A stretch of 58,818 bases of DNA, taken from IMG/VR virus record IMGVR_UViG_3300045988_124363. One strand, written 5' to 3'. A program made the translations under genes and the position numbers. Positions 44,780 to 53,460 of the stretch are shown piece by piece (position 1 is the first letter of the stretch; every line of letters starts with the position of its first letter). The notes under the pieces are model-generated. The model was not told the DNA's origin and searched no databases. It saw nothing but the letters and a program-made list of their open reading frames with translations. Origin of the DNA: a virus.

Positions 44780-45250
44780 ATGCAAGTGCAGCAGTCAGCG
44801 AAAGATCGGCTTTCTGAATACCTGCCGATGGCAATGGAAAATAAAAATCGGCTTGCCCGCTTGAATGATATGCGGGACGCCGCCGGGGGCCTGACAGGTA
44901 TACCCGAAAGCGACGGCAGCGCACACACGGCCGGGAACAGTCATAAGATGGAAGCCGCGGTCGAACGCTACCTCGAATACGAAAAGAAGATTCAGCCGCT
45001 TTTGAAAGCCAACGCCGACAAGATGGCCAAGCTGGAAAGCATGGTCGATTCCATCCCCGACGGCTTACAGCGCGAAGTCCTGCGCCTGCGGTACATGGAC
45101 GCCGAAAGTGAGGACACCTGCCGGCCGAAAAAATGGAACGCCGTTGCCCTCACGCTTTACGGCAGCGACGACCGAAAATACATCGAAGCTGTCCACCGCA
45201 TCCACAAAAAAGCCATTTTGACCCTAGAAAACACAGAAAATGTACCATAA
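44780..45250 (+). CDS. late-gene transcriptional activator (sigma-70 region-4-like; RinA/ArpU/DUF1492-type)
   Basis: C-terminal LQREVLRLRYMD......W..VA..LYGSDD.KYIEAVHRIHKKAILTLEN. Last gene before the packaging and morphogenesis operon. The start may be GTG at 44786. Confidence 0.6.
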   Translation: MQVQQSAKDRLSEYLPMAMENKNRLARLNDMRDAAGGLTGIPESDGSAHTAGNSHKMEAAVERYLEYEKKIQPLLKANADKMAKLESMVDSIPDGLQREVLRLRYMDAESEDTCRPKKWNAVALTLYGSDDRKYIEAVHRIHKKAILTLENTENVP

Positions 45251-45277
45251 ATGAGTGTAAATGAGTATAAATGAGGT
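45248..45277 (+). repeat. three tandem 10-bp repeats (TAAATGAGTN), probably an activator binding array
   Basis: taaatgagtg taaatgagta taaatgaggt. The array starts at the stop codon of the activator gene and lies just upstream of promoter-like elements. Confidence 0.75.
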
Positions 45278-45280
45278 AGA

Positions 45281-45310
45281 TTGCACATACAAATCTGTGA
45301 TACTATCACA
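45281..45310 (+). promoter_or_regulatory. candidate late promoter with a 15-bp perfect palindrome
   Basis: TTGCAC at 45281..45286; extended -10-like TGtGATACT at 45296..45304; palindrome TGTGATA-C-TATCACA at 45296..45310. Confidence 0.45.
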
Positions 45311-45392
45311 ATGCGAAAAGCGAAAGGGAGCTTCCGACACTCCCAGACGCCGGATGCAAAGAGAATAGCGCACTCATTCTTTTCTCTGCCCT

Positions 45393-45430
45393 ACCACCTG
45401 ACCGCAGCAGCGGCCGGGTGGTTCTTTTTT
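45393..45430 (+). terminator. leader terminator/attenuator upstream of the late operon
   Basis: accacc..ccgc-agca-gcgg..ggtggt stem followed by TTCTTTTTT, about 60 nt before the first late ORF. Confidence 0.5.
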
Positions 45431-45492
45431 GCGCAGAAATCGGGATGGGCAAGCGCAAAAGGGCAAAATAAACCTGAAAGGAGGAAAGAACT

Positions 45493-45828
45493 GTGTACTA
45501 CATCATTTGCAAACTGGACGTTCCCGGCTTTCATAACTGGCCGGACGCCCCGGCGGGCCTTGAATACCTGCGCAGCATCCACCGCCATGTGTTCAATATC
45601 ACCGCCAGGATTCCCGTTACCCACGACAACCGCGATCTGGAAATCATCCAGACACAGAACCGCATCCACCATTTTCTGTCCGACCGTTTCGGCGACGAAA
45701 ACGGCCACATGATGCTTGGCTCTATGTCCTGCGAAATGCTTGCGAAGCTGATTGCTGATACTTTCGGCTGCACCGAAGTCACCGTGCAGGAAGATGGGCA
45801 GGGAGGTGGCGTCTATGTTAGGGAGTAA
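45493..45828 (+). CDS. QueD-like (6-pyruvoyl-tetrahydropterin synthase fold) protein
   Basis: GTG start with an AAGGAGG SD. The pattern FHNWPDAP....YLRSIHRHVFNI and the C-terminal VQEDG.GGGVY parallel QueD (F.AAHRLP....HGH.F.V ... V.ET...G..Y). Confidence 0.45.
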   Translation: MYYIICKLDVPGFHNWPDAPAGLEYLRSIHRHVFNITARIPVTHDNRDLEIIQTQNRIHHFLSDRFGDENGHMMLGSMSCEMLAKLIADTFGCTEVTVQEDGQGGGVYVRE

Positions 45829-46708
45829 CGTCAAAGTTCATTTTGCCGGAAGCGATGGCAGCAAGGAAAACTTTTGCGCCCTTGTTGCGGCAGATACCCG
45901 CTACCGCCTGTACAGCTGCTATAACTACATCGTCAACAAGAAGCCCGACGATGATTTCAGGCTGCCGGAAGATGATATTATTCTGGAACAGCAGAAGCAG
46001 CAGAAACACGTCATTCAGGATTCGGGCCTGTTCACCCTGATGTTTGGTGCCAGCAAGGGCCAGCAGCAGACCATCTCGACCCTGACCGAATGGCAGGACA
46101 AGCTCATTGCCTTTGTCAAGCAGAACCACATCACCGCATCCTGCGTCGAGATCGACTGTCAGAAAGTCCTTGGCCCGGAAGAAGCGTGGTATTTCCGTCA
46201 GCGCATGAGAGATCTTCTGCCCGAAAACAAGCAAATCAACGTCTTTCATTTTGAGGACGGCTTGAAAGGCCTTGACCGCCTGATCGAATTTGCCGATTAC
46301 ATCGCCGTCAGCGTCCCGGAATGGCGCATTGTAAAGCCCGCAACCCACAAGCAGGATATACGCTACATCACCCACTACATCAAAAACAAGAAGCCGGAGA
46401 TCGACATCCATTTGCTTGGCTGCACCGACTTCAAAATCATCCGCGAGAACAATTTCTGCACATCGGCCGATAGCACGAGCTGGCTGTCCGGCGTGAAGTA
46501 CGGATATTTCAACGATGGTATCAAAAAAGAACACATCCGCAATTTTAAGCGCAGCCTGTACAACGAGCGCGAAGCACAGGTAAAGGCTATGATGCTGGCC
46601 CGTGGCATCGAGCCGACAGGCAAAAAGCTGATATATACCACAAACGCCAGCCTTTGCGCGACCATCTGCAAAGACCTGTATGCCCGCACCTGCGGCCCGC
46701 AGGACTGA
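45815..46708 (+). CDS. dpdA: DpdA-like DNA-guanine transglycosylase (TGT superfamily)
   Basis: DSGLFT (compare TGT DSGGFQ) and HLLGCTD....TSADSTSW motifs. Adjacent to the QueD-like gene and the preQ0/preQ1 transporter gene. Confidence 0.55.
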   Translation: MLGSNVKVHFAGSDGSKENFCALVAADTRYRLYSCYNYIVNKKPDDDFRLPEDDIILEQQKQQKHVIQDSGLFTLMFGASKGQQQTISTLTEWQDKLIAFVKQNHITASCVEIDCQKVLGPEEAWYFRQRMRDLLPENKQINVFHFEDGLKGLDRLIEFADYIAVSVPEWRIVKPATHKQDIRYITHYIKNKKPEIDIHLLGCTDFKIIRENNFCTSADSTSWLSGVKYGYFNDGIKKEHIRNFKRSLYNEREAQVKAMMLARGIEPTGKKLIYTTNASLCATICKDLYARTCGPQD

Positions 46709-46726
46709 ACCAAAAGGAGAAGCACA

Positions 46727-47437
46727 ATGAAAAAAAACGACAAGAACTATTCCATCCTGCTGACCCTGTTCGTGATCTCCATCGTCATTGCGAACGTCGT
46801 CGGCAGTCGCACCATTACCACCGGCATCCACCTTGGCCCCATCACCCTGTCCACATCCGGCGGCGCGATCACCTACGCTGTCACGTTCCTGTGTACCGAC
46901 ATCGTCGGCGAAATCTGGGGCCGCAAGAAAGCGCAGAGCATGGTTTTCTTTGGCTTTGTAGGCCAGATTTTCGCAACCATCGCAATTATCCTTACAGGCT
47001 GGTGCAGAGCAGTAGACCCTGTTATTGATGGCGCATACCAGACGCTTTTAGGCCAGAACTGGGTTTTCGTCATCGGCAGCCTGTGCGCCTACTACGCATC
47101 CCAGAGCTGGGACGTCTTTGTGTTCCACAAAATCCGCGATGCCTACATCCGCAAGCACGGCGACGTCAAGGGCGGTCGCTGGATTTGGAACAACGGCTCC
47201 ACCTGCACAAGCCAGATCATCGACACCGCCATTTACGCCTTTATCAGTTTTGGTCTGGGCCTTGGCTGGGCATTTACCCCGGAGGGCCGCATGAACCTTA
47301 TCGGCATGATGATCGGTCAGTATCTGCTTAAAGCCTGCCTTGCTCTAGCAGATACGCCGTTCTTCTATTTCTTCACCCGCCGGGAGGTAACAGAACATGG
47401 CAATGAATATCAGGAGAATGCAGCTTGCCGATCTTAA
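46727..47437 (+). CDS. yhhQ: queuosine-precursor (preQ0/preQ1) transporter, YhhQ/DUF165 family
   Basis: Multi-TM protein with GAITYAVTFLCTDIVGEIWG, SQSWDVFVFHKIR and STCTSQIIDTAIYAFISF motifs, as in YhhQ. Confidence 0.8.
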   Translation: MKKNDKNYSILLTLFVISIVIANVVGSRTITTGIHLGPITLSTSGGAITYAVTFLCTDIVGEIWGRKKAQSMVFFGFVGQIFATIAIILTGWCRAVDPVIDGAYQTLLGQNWVFVIGSLCAYYASQSWDVFVFHKIRDAYIRKHGDVKGGRWIWNNGSTCTSQIIDTAIYAFISFGLGLGWAFTPEGRMNLIGMMIGQYLLKACLALADTPFFYFFTRREVTEHGNEYQENAACRS

Positions 47438-48014
47438 CCCGGCAGACTACAACCCCCGCAAAGACTTACAGCCGGACGACCCCGCATACCTGAAGATCAA
47501 ACAGAGCCTTGAAACCTTTGGCATGGTCGAGCCTATCATCTGGAACGAAAGAACCGGGCACATCGTGGGCGGCCACCAGAGAATCAAGGCCCTGCGCGAT
47601 ATGGGCGAAGCCGAAACCGACGTTGTCGTCATAAACGAACCCCTCAAAGAGGAAAAGAAGCTGAACGTCATCCTCAACCGCGCCAAAGGCCGCTGGGATA
47701 ATGAAAAGCTGGCCCCCTTGATGCAGGAGCTTTCCGAACGCGGCGACGTTTCCCTCACAGGCTTTGAGGACTACGAGCTGCAAGGACTGATCGACCAGTA
47801 CCAAAACCGTCTGGCCGACATCCTCGATTATTCACCGCCTGAACCGCAGCCGGACAACGAGCAGGAAGAAGAAACCCCTGCCGACGCCACATTCTCAATG
47901 ATCTTTTCCATCCCGGCACAGTACAAGGACGCCGTGGACGCATACCTCGAACAGGACGACGCCCGCGAAACCCTCGCCGCTGCCATCATGGAAAAAATCA
48001 GAGGGGAGGACTAA
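47397..48014 (+). CDS. ParB-like nuclease-domain (ParB/Srx) protein, paralogue 1
   Basis: LNPADYNPRKDL....Y..IK.SLETFGMVEPIIWN.RTGHIVGGHQRIKAL. Confidence 0.75.
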   Translation: MAMNIRRMQLADLNPADYNPRKDLQPDDPAYLKIKQSLETFGMVEPIIWNERTGHIVGGHQRIKALRDMGEAETDVVVINEPLKEEKKLNVILNRAKGRWDNEKLAPLMQELSERGDVSLTGFEDYELQGLIDQYQNRLADILDYSPPEPQPDNEQEEETPADATFSMIFSIPAQYKDAVDAYLEQDDARETLAAAIMEKIRGED

Positions 48015-48017
48015 CGC

Positions 48018-48596
48018 ATGGAATTTGAAGTAAAGCGCATCGCGGACATGAACCGCGCCGCCTATAACCCCCGCGTCGATCTCCAACCCGAAGACGAAGA
48101 ATATCAGGCCATCGAGCGCAGCTTGAAGCGTCACGGTCTGGTACAGCCCGTCGTTTGGAACTGTCGTACCAATACCGTTGTTTCCGGCCACCAGCGTTTG
48201 ACCGTCCTTGAAGCGCAGGGCGAAACCGAAGTCACCGTTTCCGTTGTCGATCTGGACGACATCCAGGAAAAAGAGCTGAACGTCGCCCTGAACAAAATCA
48301 CCGGCGAATGGGACGACGATAAACTTTCCGTCATCCTCAACGAGCTGGGCGAAGAAGCGGCTGACACTGGTTTCACACTCCCGGAAATCGACGTTTTGAG
48401 GGATGAACTCAAATCCTACTTTGACGACGTGACCGCACCCGACGAAGAAGAACCCACCGAGGAGCCGGAAGAATCTTTCCTGCTTAGCCTGACCTTTGAT
48501 GCAGCCGACGAAAAGCCTCTGAAAGCCTACATCAAGGAGCACAGCGAAGATGCTGTCGTGAGGATCATCGTCGATACCGTCACCGCGTCGGCATGA
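48018..48596 (+). CDS. ParB-like nuclease-domain protein, paralogue 2
   Basis: MNRAAYNPRVDL....Y.AIERSLKRHGLVQPVVWN.RTNTVVSGHQRLTVL; clearly paralogous to 47397..48014. Confidence 0.75.
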   Translation: MEFEVKRIADMNRAAYNPRVDLQPEDEEYQAIERSLKRHGLVQPVVWNCRTNTVVSGHQRLTVLEAQGETEVTVSVVDLDDIQEKELNVALNKITGEWDDDKLSVILNELGEEAADTGFTLPEIDVLRDELKSYFDDVTAPDEEEPTEEPEESFLLSLTFDAADEKPLKAYIKEHSEDAVVRIIVDTVTASA

Positions 48597-48637
48597 CCGG
48601 GCTGTTTCTCCCTGCATGACCCTGTAAGGAGAATGCC

Positions 48638-49141
48638 ATGGAAAAACAGGTCAAAACAAAGGTCTGGGAGCAGCAGCCGAAAGAGAGCGACCCGGCCTAT
48701 GCTGCGTTCTCCATCTACCGGGACATGGGCAAAAACCGCACCGTCGCGGCGGTGGTAAGGGAGTGCGGCAAGAATCGGAGCTTAATCGACCGCTGGCACA
48801 AGGGCCACAACTGGGCCGCCCGCTGTCGGGCCTACGATAACAGCATCGACGAAGAAGCCCGCAAAAAGGCCGCCGTAGAAGCGGCCAACATCCGCAAAAC
48901 GCACCTGCAAATAGCTGCCCAGCTCCAACTAAAGGCACTGAACGCGCTGAACCTGTTGGCCCCGGAGGATATGACGCCCCGCGACATCAAGGAAATGCTG
49001 AAGCTGGCCCTTGAAGTCGAAAACAACCTCGTACTGGAAAAGGCCCCGCAGGAGGACGCCACAGCCGCGCCCACCCTGATGCAGACCATCGAAGAAGCCT
49101 ATCAGCGCAGAATGGACGGTGAAACCCCACATGACGAGTGA
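48638..49141 (+). CDS. putative terminase small subunit
   Basis: 167-aa HTH-like protein immediately upstream of, and overlapping, the large terminase gene. Confidence 0.5.
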   Translation: MEKQVKTKVWEQQPKESDPAYAAFSIYRDMGKNRTVAAVVRECGKNRSLIDRWHKGHNWAARCRAYDNSIDEEARKKAAVEAANIRKTHLQIAAQLQLKALNALNLLAPEDMTPRDIKEMLKLALEVENNLVLEKAPQEDATAAPTLMQTIEEAYQRRMDGETPHDE

Positions 49142-50540
49142 CGCTGTTCTGTTCTACGCTGACCACCCGGTCGAGTTTGTCGAGGACGTCATAGGAGCAA
49201 AGCCGGACACGGAGCAGGCCAAAATCCTGCGAAGTCTGGCCGCCAACCCCATGACCGCCGTTCGGTCTGGACACGGCATCGGCAAGAGCGCGGTGCAGGC
49301 GTGGGCGATTATCTGGTTTATCTGCACCCGGCCCTATCCGAAAATCCCCTGCACAGCCCCCACGCAGCACCAGCTGTATGACATCCTCTGGGCCGAGGTG
49401 TCAAAATGGCTGCGCAGTAACCCCGCATTGCAGCGGGAAATCATCTGGACGCAGGAGCGCGTCTACATGGCCGGGGCAAAAGAAGAATGGTTTGCCGTTG
49501 CCCGAACGTCAAACACCCCGGACGCCCTGCAAGGCTTCCACTCCGAAAGCCTGCTGTTCATCATCGACGAAGCATCCGGCGTGGACGACAAGGTCTTTGA
49601 GCCTGTATTGGGCGCACTGTCCACAGAGGGAGCGCGGCTGCTGATGTGCGGAAACCCCACACAGCTGCAAGGCTTTTTCTATGATGCGTTCCATAAGAAC
49701 CGGGCCGAATATCACACCATCCACGTTGACGACCGAAACAGCCCCCGCGTGTCGCAGGAGTATATAGACCGCATCCGCACCATGTACGGCGAGGATTCCG
49801 ACGTTTTCCGCGTCCGCGTCGCCGGGGATTTTCCGAAGTCTGAAAAGGACGTCTTTATCCCGCTGTCGATGGTCGAGAAGTCCATCAACACCGACTGGAA
49901 AGAGCCGGAAAAGCCGCTATCCGTGCATATCGGCTGCGATGTCGCCCGATTCGGCGATGATAAAACCGTCATCGGCTACAAGATCGACGAGAAGATCTAT
50001 TTCCACCAGAAGATACAGGGACAGGACACCGTGCGAACCGCGCATGAAATAGCCCTGCTGGGATGCAGGCTTGTTGACAAATACCACCTCGAAACCGCTA
50101 TCCCGGTCAAAATCGACGACGGCGGCGTCGGCGGTGGCGTGACCGACAACCTGCGCCAGATAAAACGCTCTGACCCTGACCGTTTCTGGTGGCTCTCCAT
50201 CGTCCCGGTGAAATTCGGCCAGATCATCAAACACAAATACTATCACGACACGACCACCTACATGATGGCCGTTGTTAAAAAGCTACTCCAAACCATTGAC
50301 GACGACGGCAACGAAAAGCCTGTCGAACTTATCCTGCCCGACGATGCAGACTTGGCTGCGCAGCTCTCCACCCGCAAATACGGCATCACGGAGAAAAGCA
50401 AGGTCAAAATCGAAAGCAAAAAGGACGTCAAGGCCAGAGGTCAGCCGTCCCCGGATGAAGCTGACTGCGTCCTGCTTTTGTGCTTGCCCGTCAAGCCCTC
50501 AAAGGCCCACCCGCCAAAGGGCACAGGAAGAAAGGAGTAA
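49131..50540 (+). CDS. terL: terminase large subunit
   Basis: Walker A-like GHGIGKS, Walker B LLFIIDEASG and a C-terminal nuclease domain; about 470 aa. Confidence 0.85.
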   Translation: MTSDAVLFYADHPVEFVEDVIGAKPDTEQAKILRSLAANPMTAVRSGHGIGKSAVQAWAIIWFICTRPYPKIPCTAPTQHQLYDILWAEVSKWLRSNPALQREIIWTQERVYMAGAKEEWFAVARTSNTPDALQGFHSESLLFIIDEASGVDDKVFEPVLGALSTEGARLLMCGNPTQLQGFFYDAFHKNRAEYHTIHVDDRNSPRVSQEYIDRIRTMYGEDSDVFRVRVAGDFPKSEKDVFIPLSMVEKSINTDWKEPEKPLSVHIGCDVARFGDDKTVIGYKIDEKIYFHQKIQGQDTVRTAHEIALLGCRLVDKYHLETAIPVKIDDGGVGGGVTDNLRQIKRSDPDRFWWLSIVPVKFGQIIKHKYYHDTTTYMMAVVKKLLQTIDDDGNEKPVELILPDDADLAAQLSTRKYGITEKSKVKIESKKDVKARGQPSPDEADCVLLLCLPVKPSKAHPPKGTGRKE

Positions 50541-50546
50541 ACCACA

Positions 50547-52136
50547 TTGTCAACGAAAAAGAACCCCCGGCCCATGCAGGCCCGCATCATCAAGGGCAAG
50601 AACTACACGCCACCCTTGCAGCCCATCAAAAAGGCCGACACCACGACGCAGGTCACGGAGCAGGAAGCCTTTAACGCGGGCGACTGGATTGAGCCGCCCT
50701 ATGAGCTGGCTGGCTTGCATGATCTTGTCCGGGAATCGACCATCCTGCCGCAGTGCATCCGCGCCTACAAAGACAACATTGCAGGCTTTGGCATCGGCGT
50801 CCGCTATGCTGAGGACGTCAAAGAGAACGATGAAGCCAATGTGGAATATAATCGCATGGCCCAGATCATCGAGCTGCTGAACACCGAGCAGGACACAAAG
50901 GAAGTCTTTGAAGACCTCATTGAAGCCCGCGAAACCTACGGCGTGGCCTACCTCGAAGTTATCCGCAATCTGGATGGGGAAGTGCAGCAGATCGAATTTC
51001 TGCATGATACGCCATCCATCCGAATGACCGTCCCACTGGAGCCGCGCATCGAAACCACCTATTTCAACCACGGCGAAGCTGTGCAGCGCAAGAAGAAGTT
51101 TCGCAAGTTCCGGCAGCAAGTCGGCGGCAAGACCGTCTATTTCAAAGAGTTCGGCGACCCGCGCCGCATGGACTGGCGCGATGGCCGTTACCTCGAAGAT
51201 GGCGAAGCCCTCGACCTTTCCTATGAAGCGAACGAGATCCTGGACTTCTCTATCGGCATCCAGCCCTACGGCGAAGTGCGCTGGATAGGGCAGGTCTTGG
51301 GCGTCGATGGTAGCCGCCGCGCCGAACGGCTCAATAATAACTACTTCATCAACGGCCGGCATACGCCCCTGATGATTATGATTCAGGGTGGCACACTGAC
51401 CGACGAGAGCTATGACAAGCTCACGAAGTACATGGACGACATCAAGGGCGAAGCAGGGCAACACGCCTTTATTGTCCTTGAAACCGAATCCACCGACAGC
51501 AAGACCGACTTTGACGAAACCGAGAAGCCGAAAATTGAGGTCAAGGATTTGGCGTCCATCCTGCAAAAAGATGAACTGTTCCAGTCCTACATGGACAACA
51601 ACCGCAAAAAGGTACAGTCGTCTTTCCTGCTGCCTGACCTGTACACCGGGTACACGACCGACTTCAACCGTGCCACCGCGCAGACCGCGCAGGAGGTCAC
51701 GGAGAAGCAGGTTTTCCAGCCGGAGCGCAAGAGCCTTGCATGGGCCATCAATAACCGGCTCCTGAACGCCTACGGCTTTAAGTATGTCGAAGCCTATTTC
51801 TTGGAGCCGAACATCTCCAACCCGGACGACATCACGAAGCTGCTGACCGCCGCAACAGCCGCAGGCGGCGTCACCCCCAACAAGGCGAAAGAGATCCTCT
51901 ACAAGTATCTTGGCGAGGATTCCGACGACTACGACGAAGAGTGGGGCAACGTCCCGCTGTCCATCACCAACAGCCCCAGCAGCGGCGGCTTTGACCTTGG
52001 CGCACTCACGATGGCCCTTGATGGCAAAATCCAGAAAGCGGCCAGCCGCCCGGAGGATGCGCAGGTCTACGCCGTGATGAAAGAAGTTCGGAAGCTGCTG
52101 GTCGATCTCAAACAGCAGCAGGAGGGCGAACAGTGA
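50547..52136 (+). CDS. portal protein (PBSX-type)
   Basis: 529 aa directly after terL. TTG start with an AAAGGAG SD (alternative ATG at 50574). Confidence 0.8.
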   Translation: MSTKKNPRPMQARIIKGKNYTPPLQPIKKADTTTQVTEQEAFNAGDWIEPPYELAGLHDLVRESTILPQCIRAYKDNIAGFGIGVRYAEDVKENDEANVEYNRMAQIIELLNTEQDTKEVFEDLIEARETYGVAYLEVIRNLDGEVQQIEFLHDTPSIRMTVPLEPRIETTYFNHGEAVQRKKKFRKFRQQVGGKTVYFKEFGDPRRMDWRDGRYLEDGEALDLSYEANEILDFSIGIQPYGEVRWIGQVLGVDGSRRAERLNNNYFINGRHTPLMIMIQGGTLTDESYDKLTKYMDDIKGEAGQHAFIVLETESTDSKTDFDETEKPKIEVKDLASILQKDELFQSYMDNNRKKVQSSFLLPDLYTGYTTDFNRATAQTAQEVTEKQVFQPERKSLAWAINNRLLNAYGFKYVEAYFLEPNISNPDDITKLLTAATAAGGVTPNKAKEILYKYLGEDSDDYDEEWGNVPLSITNSPSSGGFDLGALTMALDGKIQKAASRPEDAQVYAVMKEVRKLLVDLKQQQEGEQ

Positions 52137-53143
52137 AGCAGCGTCTTGTTATCCGTCCGTGCTACTGCGACCGCATAACAAAGGCCATTGACGCCTATAT
52201 CCGCAAGGCCGACAACGACCTGTCGAAGCAGCTGGGAAAGGAAGGCTATGCGAAACCAAAGAAAACGCTCCAATACGCGCAAGATATTGAGGACGACGTG
52301 GCCGACATACTCACCGAGGAAACGGACTACTTTGTGCGAGAAGCTAAAGCGGCTGGCAGTCTGGATGAGTTTGAAAAGAAGCTCCCGGCTGTAACCGCTG
52401 CCACCCCTGCAACCGCCAAATTGAGCAAAGCCTTTGCCGCCCGCCTGTCGAAGTTCCTGCCCGAATACGCGGCCTACTACCTGAAGCAGACCGACAAGAG
52501 CCTGAAACTTGACCGGGTATCAAAGCGCACGACCGCATGGATTGAAAGCTGGAGCGACGAGCTGGCCGACCTTATGAGGACGACCAGCAAAGACCAACTG
52601 GAAGCCATGCTCAAAAAGGAAATCAACAACGGCGGCAACATCTCCCAGTTTTGCGTTGACCTCATAAACTCCGGCATGGAAAAAGAGGGCAAGGGCGAAT
52701 ACTGGACATCCCACTACCGCGCCCGCCGGGTGGCGGTCACTGAAATTCTGGGAGCGCACAGCGTCGCCCAGCAGGAAGCCTTTATGCAGTCCCCGGCCGT
52801 TGAAAGCAAAGGCTGGCTGCACACCGGCAACTACCGCAACGAACCCCGGCAAAATCATATCGACATGGACGGTCAAATCGTCGCCAAAGACCAGCCCTTT
52901 GAGCTGATCGGGGCCGACGGTATCGTCTACCATCCCATGTACCCGCGTGACGTTATCCTGCCCGCAGGCGAACGCATCAACTGCCACTGCATCCAGCAGC
53001 CTATTGTTTCGGAGGACATTCTGGGCCTGCCCTTGGAAGAGCGGAAAAAGCTCCAACAGCAGGCTATTGATGACATGGACGACGAATGGGAAGCCGAGCT
53101 GGACGCACGAAATAAGGCGAAAGCCGGAATTGAGGATGAATAA
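52133..53143 (+). CDS. head morphogenesis protein (SPP1 gp7 / Mu F-like)
   Basis: C-terminal W.HTG.....R..H..MDGQ.V....PF.L.......YP.......INCHC. Confidence 0.7.
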   Translation: MKQRLVIRPCYCDRITKAIDAYIRKADNDLSKQLGKEGYAKPKKTLQYAQDIEDDVADILTEETDYFVREAKAAGSLDEFEKKLPAVTAATPATAKLSKAFAARLSKFLPEYAAYYLKQTDKSLKLDRVSKRTTAWIESWSDELADLMRTTSKDQLEAMLKKEINNGGNISQFCVDLINSGMEKEGKGEYWTSHYRARRVAVTEILGAHSVAQQEAFMQSPAVESKGWLHTGNYRNEPRQNHIDMDGQIVAKDQPFELIGADGIVYHPMYPRDVILPAGERINCHCIQQPIVSEDILGLPLEERKKLQQQAIDDMDDEWEAELDARNKAKAGIEDE

Positions 53144-53144
53144 C

Positions 53145-53399
53145 ATGATCGTAACCATTGATGAAGCCCGCGTAGGTCATCCCAGTATCAAGCTGGACAG
53201 CATGGAGCTTTCCGGCATGATCAGGTCTTACACCCTGCACCATGCTGTCGATGAAGTCCCCACGTTGGAGCTGGAACTTTTACCTGGCACCGATCTGGCC
53301 GAGGTCAAGGCCATTCTGGACAACCCGAATGTGGCCATCATCCCGCCCGCCGCAATGTCGGACGAAGCAACCGAACCCCCGGCTGAACCCAATACCTGA
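53145..53399 (+). CDS. hypothetical protein
   Basis: 84-aa ORF with a GAGGA SD. Confidence 0.45.
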   Translation: MIVTIDEARVGHPSIKLDSMELSGMIRSYTLHHAVDEVPTLELELLPGTDLAEVKAILDNPNVAIIPPAAMSDEATEPPAEPNT

Positions 53400-53404
53400 T
53401 AAAG

Positions 53405-53428
53405 AGCAGCGGCAACGCTGCTTTTTAT
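53405..53428 (+). terminator. hairpin plus T-run within the late operon
   Basis: agcagcg-gcaa-cgctgct followed by tttttat. Confidence 0.45.
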
Positions 53429-53460
53429 ATTGCCCGAAAACAGGAAAAGGAGGTGAGCAC

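Noticed and set aside
45248-45277. Tandem repeats considered as a CRISPR array or minisatellite
   Set aside because: There are only three 10-bp units with no spacers. They sit directly in front of a promoter, which fits protein-binding sites rather than a CRISPR array.
45310-45492. A possible preQ1 riboswitch upstream of the deazaguanine genes
   Set aside because: The context is attractive. However, the only preQ1-I-like hairpin (GGGAG-CUUCCGACA-CUCCC) lacks the A-rich tail and the 3' pseudoknot pairing I remember for class I, and I cannot reconstruct class II or III consensus features from memory. It is kept only as a generic attenuator. A covariance-model search is needed.
45281-45712. 143-aa + strand ORF spanning the late leader
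   Set aside because: It starts inside the promoter and palindrome, runs through the terminator hairpin, and overlaps the better-supported QueD-like ORF in another frame. Its composition is Arg/Ser/Thr/Pro-rich. It is most likely non-coding leader.
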